From Tubulanus polymorphus (lineage: Eukaryota; Animalia; Nemertea), in the NCBI RefSeq assembly GCF_964204645.1, contig NC_134028.1, positions 1,240,001 to 1,304,000 on the forward strand: DNA of 64,000 nucleotides, read 5' to 3'. Every line of letters begins with the position of its first letter. Position 1 is the stretch's first letter. The translations under genes and the position numbers were made by a program. Below, one piece after another: positions 13,374 through 24,304 of this stretch. The notes under the pieces were generated by a model. That model ran no database searches. It saw nothing but the letters and a program-made list of their open reading frames with translations, and was not told the DNA's origin.

Positions 13374-14404
13374 AGGTGAGGTTGATTAGTGTCGATTATG
13401 AGGAGTCAATATTCACAACCATCTACTTTCAGGCACAAAAAAATAACAACAGATATCAATTAGTTTTTTGACAACAATTTTACGTTTGCAGTGTGTAGAG
13501 AAAAAACAGCTTCCCGTGAAATGATTTTTCCTAGACTTCGGGTGTCCGTCACTGTCGGTTCACTTCAAGTGTTTGACAGCATTGAATTTGCCGATGTGAG
13601 AACTCTTTTTCAAAAAAGAACAAAAAATTCAAAAAGCGCTAAAACGTTTGGTCTAGAATTTCTTCCTGACATTTTCATGGGGCGCACGTGCCCCAGTTCC
13701 CCCTTAACCCGCCCCTGAATGGGCTTCCATGTTCAGCGCGGTGTATTGTTGACGAGTTGGGCTATCCCGCACCAAACATGATATAAATCAGTTGAAATCA
13801 ATAGACTAAATGCTGTAGTTGTCTGCAATTAGTTTCACAGTCCTCATTTTGTCGTAATAGCCCCATTACTACATCAGTGTTATACTAATGCCCTAAATTC
13901 TGAATGAATTCAGCCAGGTCTAGCATAATGTTCGCAGCCCAAATCCAATGACAAGAATTTTGATAGAAAAGCCATTTGTAGCAGGATTCTGGTTTAACCA
14001 GGCCATCGTGGTATATTTTTACAAAACAGCCGTTTCTCGAAGGAACTCCTGCCACGTCCTCCTCCGTATCGTAATCGGGTTTATGATGTCTCTATTTCGC
14101 GCCGCGCTTGAACTTGAAATCGCATTGCTCCCCAGCTTTACCATAAATAGTATACGTACAGACACTCCAGTCTTACACCTGTTCCTGTATTGATAAGAAT
14201 ATTTATCTGAGTTTTGATAATATATCCCTAGTTTACCGAGGCCACCACGTGGTTTGAATCCGGCCAAGCGATTGGTCGAGACTATAGGGGCGTCGGCTGT
14301 ACGTTAAACAGCTGGGTCGGTTGTTTTCCGTTATTGAGTATATGCGCTAGCAGCGGTGGTCGATCTCAATAAGGCAGCAATTCAAACTTCAAAAAATCAT
14401 CAAA

Positions 14405-14734
14405 ATGTCTAACGATTTTCAACACGGTCTTTGCGGATGTTTCGACAACTTTGGTCTGTGCGTGATATCATTTTTCGTTCCTTGCTACACGTTTGGTAAA
14501 AACGCCGAAGCTGTGGGCGATAGTTGTATCCTGTGCGGCCTGGCATCTCTCGTGCCAATTCTCAACTGTATATTCGGTGCCAAAATCCGTGAAAAGGTTC
14601 GCGAACGTCAAAATATCGAAGGCACGTTCGTGAAGGATTTGTTATTGTTTTGGTGCTGTGCTTGGTGCGCTACAGTTCAAGTCGGACAAGAAGTCAACCA
14701 TATGCAAGGGACCCAGTCCATTGCCCGGGAGTAA
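14405..14734 (+). CDS. PLAC8/cornifelin-family cysteine-rich protein (plant cadmium resistance-like), single coding exon, 109 aa
   Basis: Motifs FQHGLCGCFDN-xxxC...F(V)PC, R.K.R.R.NI.G and WCCAWCATVQ..QE are typical of the PLAC8 domain; good start context CAAAATG; AATAAA at 15212. Confidence 0.93.
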   Translation: MSNDFQHGLCGCFDNFGLCVISFFVPCYTFGKNAEAVGDSCILCGLASLVPILNCIFGAKIREKVRERQNIEGTFVKDLLLFWCCAWCATVQVGQEVNHMQGTQSIARE

Positions 14735-16655
14735 CTTTTTCTAATCGGCGAACGCCGCGCGGTTAAGAAGATGACAATGGGTTAATGAAAAGCACTGATA
14801 CTTCGTAATTAAAACGCATCTTGATTGATTATGGTTGGATTGATTCTAAAATTCTGAGGTAACCTTTTTCGCTAAATGTTTACAGTAAACTATCGTCTCG
14901 TTTGAAGCCAGAATTGTGAGCAGATCCGAGGTGTCCGCGATGTCTCGGATGGTAGTTGTTGTCGGTTCGAGCATGCTTCGGATTTGTTTTTAGTAACTAT
15001 TTTGAAAAGGAGAAGGGACTTTTATTCGATAAGGAAAGAAAAGAAGAACAGCTTGCGTCTGGTGTATGCAAACCATCCAGCGCGAGACGCAGGGAAATAC
15101 ACGCGTACCAATGCTGAAAACAAGACTATGAATTCAGCGAAATAGAACGCTCCAGAAATAACAGAAATGGAGAAATGTATGACTTGATACCGGTATATAC
15201 GAATATATCAAAATAAAAACATCAATTAACTCCAAGTATTGACTTCAAATGATCTAACTGTTAAAAAATCGAAGTTCTTCCTAATTTATAGCTGCCATCT
15301 ATGTGATTAGTCGTTAAAACTATATTAGAATTTCGTATTTCTATTTTTGCTGTGAAAATTCTGCTGTTGTCGCTGCTGCTGTTGCTATTGGGGAATATTT
15401 AAAATCAATTTTACATATAGCAATCGAATGTTCAAACAAACCTATTTTCCTGTAAAATTACATGCAAATATATATACATACTCATTCTAAAATCTTTTGT
15501 ATTATGTGAACTAGAACACAAACGGGAAATTGAATATACATATATATATATATATTAGAGAATACCAATTTTGCTGTTTATCGTTTCTTTTATGGGTTTT
15601 TTTTCTATTCCTGCCTGCACTCCCTGTGTCTGTATACGAGAGATCCCATATATCAGCGCTGTGTCGCCGAGACGTGTTTGCAATGAGCAAATACATGTAA
15701 ATCGTGGCCGAATTACGTCAACTAATTGTGTGACTATTTCCTCGTATAGGCATTTAAATAAATTGTACGTGAATTCGTGAGAGAGAAAGTAAAAAACAAC
15801 AAAACGATTAATGCACTTTCCGAGATCGTTAGTAAGGTATATTTAGCCGCATTCGGGTATAGATAGAGCGACTCAAGAGATTTATTCATTCCCGGGGAAG
15901 TAATATAACATCAAGAGGTATACCTAGTCATGAATCATACCCAGCACGGAGAGAAGAACAGCTCTACCTTGATGTACAGAGAGAGATAGATATATTCTAC
16001 CAAGCTGTTTGCAGCCTAGAGACTATACAATTCGTCTGTGCCTTTACAAAAGCAACAGCTGCTTTTCTAGAAATTGATTTTTCGTTCAAGTGCGCGGGAT
16101 CCATTTTCCTATGTGTCTCGTATGAAGCGATAACAAACACGACGACATCATTTTTATCATCAATATATGTATGAAATATGTATTAGTTGGTTTATATACA
16201 GTTGTATGACATCGATGCGCTGCCGTCGGTCGGCTCGCCCCGTCACCACCCTGACATTCACAGTCAGGCTAAAACGGCTTGTGGTCGACCTTTTCAATAC
16301 CAATCCAATCCCGACGGCCTTATCTTTTATACTTTATATTTTATACGTAGTGTACTATCTACTAGGTAGAGGTTTACTATCTATTAGATCTAGGCCGGGG
16401 TATTTATAGGCGTATTATCTTATCTGCACCACCCGGCCGAACTGCTGGCGCCCGCATTGATGGAGTGATCAAGTGCCTGGCCCATCGACTCGGAGAGATT
16501 ATTAGATCTAGGCGTATTATCAAAAATACATAAAGACGAGGTCTGATCATTTGGTCAAATTCTCCAAGGTCACGTACTATCTTATCTGGAACCGCTGGGG
16601 CACCCGCGATGGCGGAGTGATGATGTGCCTGGCCCACCGACTCGGGGATACCGTC

Positions 16656-16790
16656 CAGGGCCCTGTTTCACAAAAAAGTTTAACTCAAATTCTTGGTGTA
16701 ATTGCCATTGGTTACTTCATTTCTTCAATGAACACAACAATTCAAACTTAACCGTTTAAGCCTTAAACTTTTTCGTGAAACTGCACCCTG
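16656..16790. mobile_element. MITE related to the GG(A/G)(C/T)CCAGTT(C/T)CAC TIR family
   Basis: TIRs CAGGGCCCTGTTTCACAAAAAAGTTTAA / TTAAACTTTTTCGTGAAACTGCACCCTG. Confidence 0.7.
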
Positions 16791-17114
16791 GTTCTATATC
16801 CAGTCAGCAGTAGAGATAAACTCGGGTCGATTGATTTTTTTTAGTTGAACAGTCAACTGGGCGTTGCTGTGTCCGGTGACAAAGCTCGTAATGTTGTTTG
16901 TGCTCATGCAAAAACTCCAGTGTCAAGATGAAATAAATAGACACTGCATTTAACACATGTTCGTTTTGCAAAACAACTCCGATACTCGACTGCGCAAGGT
17001 GATCCACCCGCACATTGTGTATGTCCGGTTCCTGCATAATGTTCATATCCGTTAGTTCACTATACTTGCCCTGTCCATGAGTCCGCTGCTAACTCCGTGT
17101 TTTACACATCACCG

Positions 17115-17184
17115 TCTTTCCGCCATTTGTATTTTATAGAAAGAAAGAAGAAATTCATCGTCTTGTCGACCCGTTAAATTCACG
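17115..17184 (+). promoter_or_regulatory. Probable TSS and non-coding first exon of hnRNP F/H (TCT-type initiator plus YY1 motif)
   Basis: TCTTTCC (17115-17121) overlaps CGCCATTT; donor CACG|GTAATT at 17184/17185; second YY1-like CGCCATCTT near 17329. Confidence 0.5.
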
Positions 17185-17983
17185 GTAATTATTTCGTTTT
17201 AACTCCAATTAACTCGTATTTTAATCACTTCATTTTGTTCTCCATTCAATGTTTGATTTATTTAGTGAAATATATCGCTGTTTATTGCTGTTTTTAGGGG
17301 TTGAAAATGTCGGCAAAGTCGCTCATCGCGCCATCTTGCGGCGCTTTGCTGCATGTTTGGCGTGGGGACTTCTTGGTTTTTATCTGCTAAGGAATTGAGA
17401 AATTCTTCTTGCCTTTTGTTCACTAAATAATGAATTGAAATGTTACTCATATCGAGCTGTGATTGTAGTTAGTTAAGATGTTTCCACTTATAGACATTGA
17501 TTAACGACAACCATCTCGCAATCATTCAATAAAATTAAATATATAAACTTCTTAGACCCTTTCGGCCTTTGAATCAGTATTCAGGATAGCTGGTTGTGGT
17601 TCACTAACATTCATAAACTCATCTGAAATCCGCTGATCGCGATCTTTGTTTCATCCTATTCAGAACAAATAAAAATGGAAGAGACAGTCGACTATGTCGC
17701 GAGGGTATGAAATATTTACCAATTATGAAATAACCGCAATTTCCCTAACTTAGTCTGTAGTTTCAGACTTTATAGATTGATTTTCAGTTTTTCAACAATT
17801 AACGGTTTATTTTATATCTACCTCTGAAGGAAGTTGTAGGTCTCATTTCGTTTGCTGTCTATGAATTCATTCAGTCGTCATGATGCGTGCCGATGCAGTG
17901 ATGCGGTCCGCCCGGACTGAAACAGATATCAATGTTTTGATTTTAATGCCTTGTTTTATGTATTTTTTATGAAGAATATTAAA

Positions 17984-20900
17984 ATGGAAGAAACAAATGA
18001 CCATCACCACCACGTTGTAAGGGTACGAGGTTTACCCTGGTCGGCTACAGCTGAGGAGATTATTGAATTTATGGCTGGTCAGTATCGACAATCACGACTA
18101 GGAATTCATTCTTTGAAAAATACCATTTACAGCTACGTGTGATTGTTTTTAGGTGTAAATTTACCGCGAGGAGCTCAAAGCGTTCACCTCACGTATATGA
18201 GAGACGGTCGCCCGAGTGGCGAGGCTTACGTCGAGGTCTGTTCCGAGAACGATGTTCATCATGCCGTCAAAAAACATAATAATCACATGGGCAAACGTTA
18301 CATCGAAGGTAAATCCTTATTTCCTTAGAATTGGCATTTCTTCGGTAGGAAAAATGGTAGAAATATCGCTTATTCTTTTTTATTTGTGTTTTATGGTTAA
18401 AACGTTTTATTTTGTGATTTAAAGTGTTCTCTGCGACGAAGAGCGAGATGGACTGGGTCGTTAAACGTAGTGGTCCGAATCAATCGAATAATAACGACGC
18501 GGTAGTCCGTTTGAGAGGACTTCCATTCGGCTGTTCTAAAGAGGAGATCGCTCACTTCTTCATGGGTGAGTCTGAATTCGATTTATCGGTTCTTAATGAG
18601 ACATTTCTATGGTTTGAGGATTTTGAGAAATTAAATATTTTGTGAATTTTGCAATATCTATACGATACAAGATGAATTGAATGCTAGAGGTGTCGGTACA
18701 AAGTTTGTCTCTCTAACGGTCGTGTGAATTGAAAATATCTGTACTGTATTTCAGCGAGTTTAGATACTTAACCCTCACATCAGGGAATTCAGAGACTCTT
18801 ATGAGTATCAGGGAAATGGTGTATATGCATTTTTGCGATCTTGTTCTTGCTTGTGTGACTACTGCTAGTATGAACTCTGTTACTATAATTCAGAATGATT
18901 TCTAGTTCAATTTCAATTCCGCTGCTAGTTTTGATATGATCAAACTGAAAGCTACTATAAAAATAGATCGGGTGTTAGGATTAAACTCGTTGAATTACGG
19001 AATTCTCAGTGACCTCTCTATAAACATGTATATGAATATGTATGGCCTGTTTATTAAGGAACTAACCAGATTTAGATCGTCCACCAGTTTCATGTTATAT
19101 CTATTGAATTCCTCCTCCTATCCCCCACTTTCATGATAAGAATCCTATTGTTTCTACAAGCTCTTGTTTTAGCAAGAACCAAATATCTTGTATCTGTTTG
19201 AAATGTTGTTGTTGATGAATTGCATTGATTTTCAGTTGTATTAAATGATATTTTTCTGTTCGGGTGTGGTGGGTGTTTGTAGGGTTGGAGATTGTACCCA
19301 ACGGGATATCGTTCATACAGGACCAGCGGGGTCGCATCACGGGGGAAGCATATGTCCAGTTTGTCAGCCCGGAAATTGCCGAAAAATCTCACGAGAAGCA
19401 CAAGCAGAAAATAGGGCACAGGTGGGAGGCAGGGCCACCCAACGAACGGGTGTGGTTGGTGGTCACTTTGGTTTACATTTTCTCTATTTGATTATATCTA
19501 TTACTGAAATTATTATAGTTTATTGTCAATTTTAGATAAGTATTGAAAATAATTGTTAAAAAAAGAAACTTTCTAAGTGAATTGCATTATTTAAACGGTG
19601 AAACTCGCTTAAAACTTGTCGCTCGTACTTGTGACTTTAATTACGATTCTTGGAAAATGAATATACAAATTGTAACATGAAAATAGAGGCAACTTTAACT
19701 ATGCGATGATTTAACCGAGTTTGACTGTCTTTAAGAAATTAAATGTTTGGATTTCGGTTTAGATAAATACTATAGGATCTATTGGGCTGTGTTCTGGGAA
19801 TTTCCATAGTAAGGGAGGCTCTTCAATTCATTCGGATAAAACCATTCCATGGGTGCTCCAGTTGCCAGTGGGCCTCGGTATTTGGATTCAAAATAGCGGC
19901 CTGTTTTAAGGGTCCCGGAGAGGTGGAATTGAAAAGTTGGGTCAATTACTTATGACTAACAGTTATTTGGGTCTAAAAGTCATCCTTAGGAGGGTTTTCC
20001 AAGAACAGCCCAGTGTAATATCAAATATTTGGCATTTATTGAAATAGATTTAAAATGAAAAAATTTTTTCTCATAATTTTGCATAGGTAGGTATCTCTTA
20101 GAGTAGGAACAAAAATTTATCAAAACAAAAGAAATGTTAGGTTAAGTTAAGTATGTACGAAAGACCAGATTGTATGAAGTATTTGTATAATCCTGGTCGC
20201 GGTGTAGTTCTCTCTTACTGATTGCCGCTTCGTTCGATGTTGATTTTCAGATATATCGAGATATTCAAGAGCAGCATGGCCGAGGCTCGTCACGCGTTGA
20301 GTCCGTATCGTATGAAGAATCCGATGATGAATCGACCGGGACCGTACGATCGTATGGACCGGTTTGGAGGCGGAGGAGGTGGCTGTATGGGCGGAGGAGG
20401 TAACTACGGAGGTCTCCGCGGCAGAGGTGGAAGAGGAAATCTTAAAGGTAAAGAAAACGACGAAAATCGAATTTAAGAAAACTTCATTGATGTTATTATA
20501 GTTAACCTGGTCTAACTGATTGGGATCAGGGTCTCAATGACTCCTTAAAAACTCTCTCTAAACAGAAAGTGCTTTTAAAATGACTGGAAACTCCTTAAAT
20601 TTGAGCATAACACCAAAAACTCTTGTCAATTTTAAGAAATAGGCAATAAGTAAAGTCCGTAGTTGTACAGAAAACTACGCCTGAATCGATACAGTTGGGA
20701 CTAGGATTTTTGTGCTGAATTGGAAACTGAGTTTGTTATTGTAAAGTATATAAATTAGCATCCATATCGTTACAGGTTTCTATGATGAGGATTATGATAA
20801 CGATTATGGATTCGGAGGTGGTTTCGGATGTATGGGAGGAGGTGGAGGTTCGATGGGAGGTCGTCGAGCCGGAATGGGAGGTCGTAATAGATTCATGGGA

Positions 20901-21989
20901 GGAGGCGGCGGTGGCGGTGGAGGTGGAAGTGGAGGTGGTATGGGTGATAGGAACAGTACACCCGGTTCCTCGTATCAGAGTTGTACCGGATTCTGGGTAC
21001 ATATGAGAGGTTTACCATTCCAGGCTAACGAGGAAGATGTCATCGAAGTGAGTTTTGATTTCAAGTTTATTTCATCGTTGTTTTAAAGTTATTTCATTAA
21101 GAGTCATGAACTGTTTGTATTTGTCAAATGTTAAAACTGCTGGCGTTTATTTTACAGTTTTTCTGTCCGAATCTGAACCCGGTTCACGTGGAGATACACT
21201 ATAACAGGGACGGACGTGCATCCGGCGAAGCTGACGTCGATTTCGCTACGGCTGAAGACGCGAAGAAAGCAATGGCTAAAAACAGAGATAGAATGCGTAA
21301 GTTTTTGGCGTTGTAAAATTCAATATCGACCTTTTCTAAATTGCTTTTCAAATATCTTGTCACTTAAGTGGTCTCCAAATGCTTCAATGTATCAGACTTA
21401 TTGGGACAAAATGTTTTCTTACATCAATCCATGAGCTGATGACCAGTTGTCACTGGCGACATGTTTTAGTCCCACGAGATCCAAATCAAACCGATTTAAC
21501 ATTTGAATGTATTGTTGTGTCTGGTATATTTGTAGAACACCGGTATATAGAGTTATTCATGCACACGACCGGTAGTGGAAGTGGATTCGGTGGAATGAGT
21601 GGAAATGGAATGAACAACATGGATAACATGGGAGGTGGAAGCAGTGGATTCGGTAACATGTCCAGTTATTCATCTTCAAATAATAGATTCACAAACAATG
21701 GTTAGTATCGATGCAGCCACTTCTCCGTTCACCTGTGAAATACAGGGAAAGTTGAAATCCTGCGTAATACGAGTAGATTTAAAACAAGTAACAGCAATGT
21801 CTTTACTCGACGATGATTTGATGTATTTTTACAGATAGTTTCGGCGGCAGCGGATTTAATAATATGAGTGGGGCAGGTATGAACAACATGGGCGGAGCTG
21901 GTATGAATAACTTCAACAGTGGAAGTGGAATGGGAAGTGGAATGAACAGTATGATGGGTGGAAATCCGAATTATACGGCTTTCTCTTAG
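17984..21989 (+). CDS. HNRNPH1: Heterogeneous nuclear ribonucleoprotein F/H family (glorund-like): three qRRMs plus Gly-rich low-complexity domains, about 485 aa
   Basis: Phase-consistent GT-AG exons: 17984-18077, 18153-18308, 18425-18565, 19283-19421, 20251-20447, 20776-21047, 21158-21296, 21536-21700, 21835-21989 (1458 nt). qRRM motifs [59 protein letters not shown] and [22 protein letters not shown]; PY-NLS RPGPY. Probably co-ortholog of vertebrate HNRNPH/F. Confidence 0.95.
19783..20012. mobile_element. Putative MITE / inverted-repeat element in hnRNP F/H intron
   Basis: Imperfect TIRs TGGGCTGTGTTCTGGGAA / TTCCAAGAACAGCCCA. Confidence 0.5.
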
Positions 21990-22744
21990 ATTCATCGTCA
22001 TCTCGCGTTTTAAAAATGTACTGTAAATTTCCATTGAAAAAAAAAATGTAGTAGAATTGAAAGAGTGTAAGAACAGCCTGAGAGAGGCACGGACCGCGGT
22101 GATAACATCGAGTTCACTGAGTATTTAAACGAGAATACTTGAGAGAGATTGATAAAGGGTTTTATGTGTCGTAGAGTCTTAATCAACCTATCGTCAGTCT
22201 GTCACCAGTTGATATTTTTATCTGGAGCGATATTTTGTAAATAATAAAAATCCACTTGTAATATTTTAACCCGTTGTACAGTAGTAACGAACCCCACAAG
22301 AGACTAATCGTCACCGTCATCATTTCATCGCATCATGTTTTCGATATATCGAATTCACTCTTCATTCCATCATATTTTTGTTGTCGTGACAACGTTTTTA
22401 ATAAACTTTGATCAAATACGTCTACGATGAAAGAAAGATAATTGCATTTTCATTATTATATTTTGTACATTTTGCTGCCACTGATTTCAAAGTTGTTTCC
22501 AAAACAATTCATTCATATGTGTTTATCAAATGTATAACAATATGATTAATAAACTTGGTGTTTGTGGTCTTAAATCTGTTGGTTCTTCTAGTCATTTATA
22601 TGTGTGGATGAGGATGTCATTAACCCCTTCACTTCCTGGACGACGACTGGTCATGACAATGTAGAAACTTTCTTACTAGCTCTGACCAGACAGATGCAAG
22701 ACTTATGGGGCTCATGTTGATACGCAAGTGACCATGTAGTCTGG

Positions 22745-23115
22745 TTATACCATGTGACCAATTCTAGCCAATCAGAAGCTAGGGTTAGGGTTAAGCATGT
22801 GGGTCATTTGCATACCAGATGGCCATCTCTGTCCAATCAGAAGCTAGGGTTAAGATTAAGCATGTGGGGTCTGTTTACACCAGGTGATCAGCTCTAGCCA
22901 ATCAGCAGCTAGGGTTAGGGTTAAGCATGTGGGCAGTTTGCATACCAGATGGCCAGCTCTGTCCAATCAGAAGCTAGGGTTAAGATAAAGCATGTGGGGT
23001 CTGTTTACACCAGGTGATCAGCTCTGATCAATCAGAAGCTAGGGTTAGGGTTAAGCATGTTGGTCATTTGCATACCAAGTGACCAGCTCTAACCAATCGG
23101 AAGCAAGGATTAGTG
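22745..23115. repeat. 65-bp minisatellite (6 copies, alternating variants) with CCAAT and TTAGGG motifs
   Basis: CCAATCAG-type motif at 22768, 22833, 22898, 22963, 23028 and 23093 (exact 65-bp period); most units carry GCTAGGGTTAGGGTTAAG or GCTAGGGTTAAGAT. Confidence 0.9.
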
Positions 23116-24304
23116 ACCATGTGACATGTTTATTTACATTAGAAACCACTTGTATACATTTTACTGAAGTTCAGAATACAATGATCACCGATCCTTTGAT
23201 AATCCACAACAAACAACTCCTGATTACTTATAATTTAATCAGGGGATATTTCTGATATTTGGTCAAGGGTCAGGGGATATTAGGGAACTTCTTATTCCCT
23301 TATCTGTTAGATCTCAAGGGCTAGTCAAACAGCTTTCAATCTGAAAAAAAAAAAACATTTCCACTTTTGAGATGTTTAACCACTTGGTGGTTACTAAAGA
23401 ATTTCTCCATGGACAATCTACAGTCTACAGCATCAAGAGTGAAAAGCAATAGTGAACAACTAACTAACCAAGTACTTTACTAGACAATTTAATTTATATC
23501 TTGTATAATATCACATATCCTTCTAAAAACAAACTTAACTATTTCAACATACATTAAATACATGTTATTTTTGGTCTAAATCAGAAAATAGTATCAAGGT
23601 TCAGTAAATCAACGTCAGGTATTTCTGTTCAATTGATTTTAAACAGTAAAAGACTAAGTAGAAACTGTCATCACGAGTCGTACATATTGTGTCACATACT
23701 GTATAAACCTGTTATATGCAATTGAATGAATTGAACTTTGAGTATTGTAAATACTTGACATTCCAATTGAGACAATATTCAACCCACATACCTCTAGATA
23801 TCAATTCACATTCGATATCATTGCGGAAGTACTTGAAACAGGTTATTAAAAAATGAATACGTCCCCATAATTCACATAACAGTGCACTTACACTAAAGTG
23901 TATTCAATTAAAAAATCAGTTTCATCCTGGGTCATTAACTAATAAATTGGTTCCAATTTTACACGTAGACTCATAGTAAATTCAAAATTAAAAGGCCCAC
24001 CGGGATGTAGGCACACTAACAAGGAAGTACAATTAGCGGTACCAGGAACCATGAATCCAGGAAGTATTGTATAGTCAAACATAACATTCATTCCAATTAA
24101 TCTATAGAATACATTAAGTTACAAATATTGAAATTCTATTTTTTTTTATATCGATGAGCATTAAACAGATAAGTACAAACGACTATTACAATATAAATAC
24201 GTACAAACACAACAGATGCACACGATGAAACACTGGAAATATCTAAGAAAATATACACTGTCTATTTCATCATAATAACAATAGGGGTCAGCACATGTTT
24301 CTCA

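Noticed and set aside
16573-16650. HDV-like ribozyme
   Set aside because: A P1-like stem exists, but no P3/L3 or nested double pseudoknot could be built on either strand.
16804-17046. 80-aa ORF divergent from the hnRNP F/H promoter
   Set aside because: No recognisable domain or supporting exon structure.
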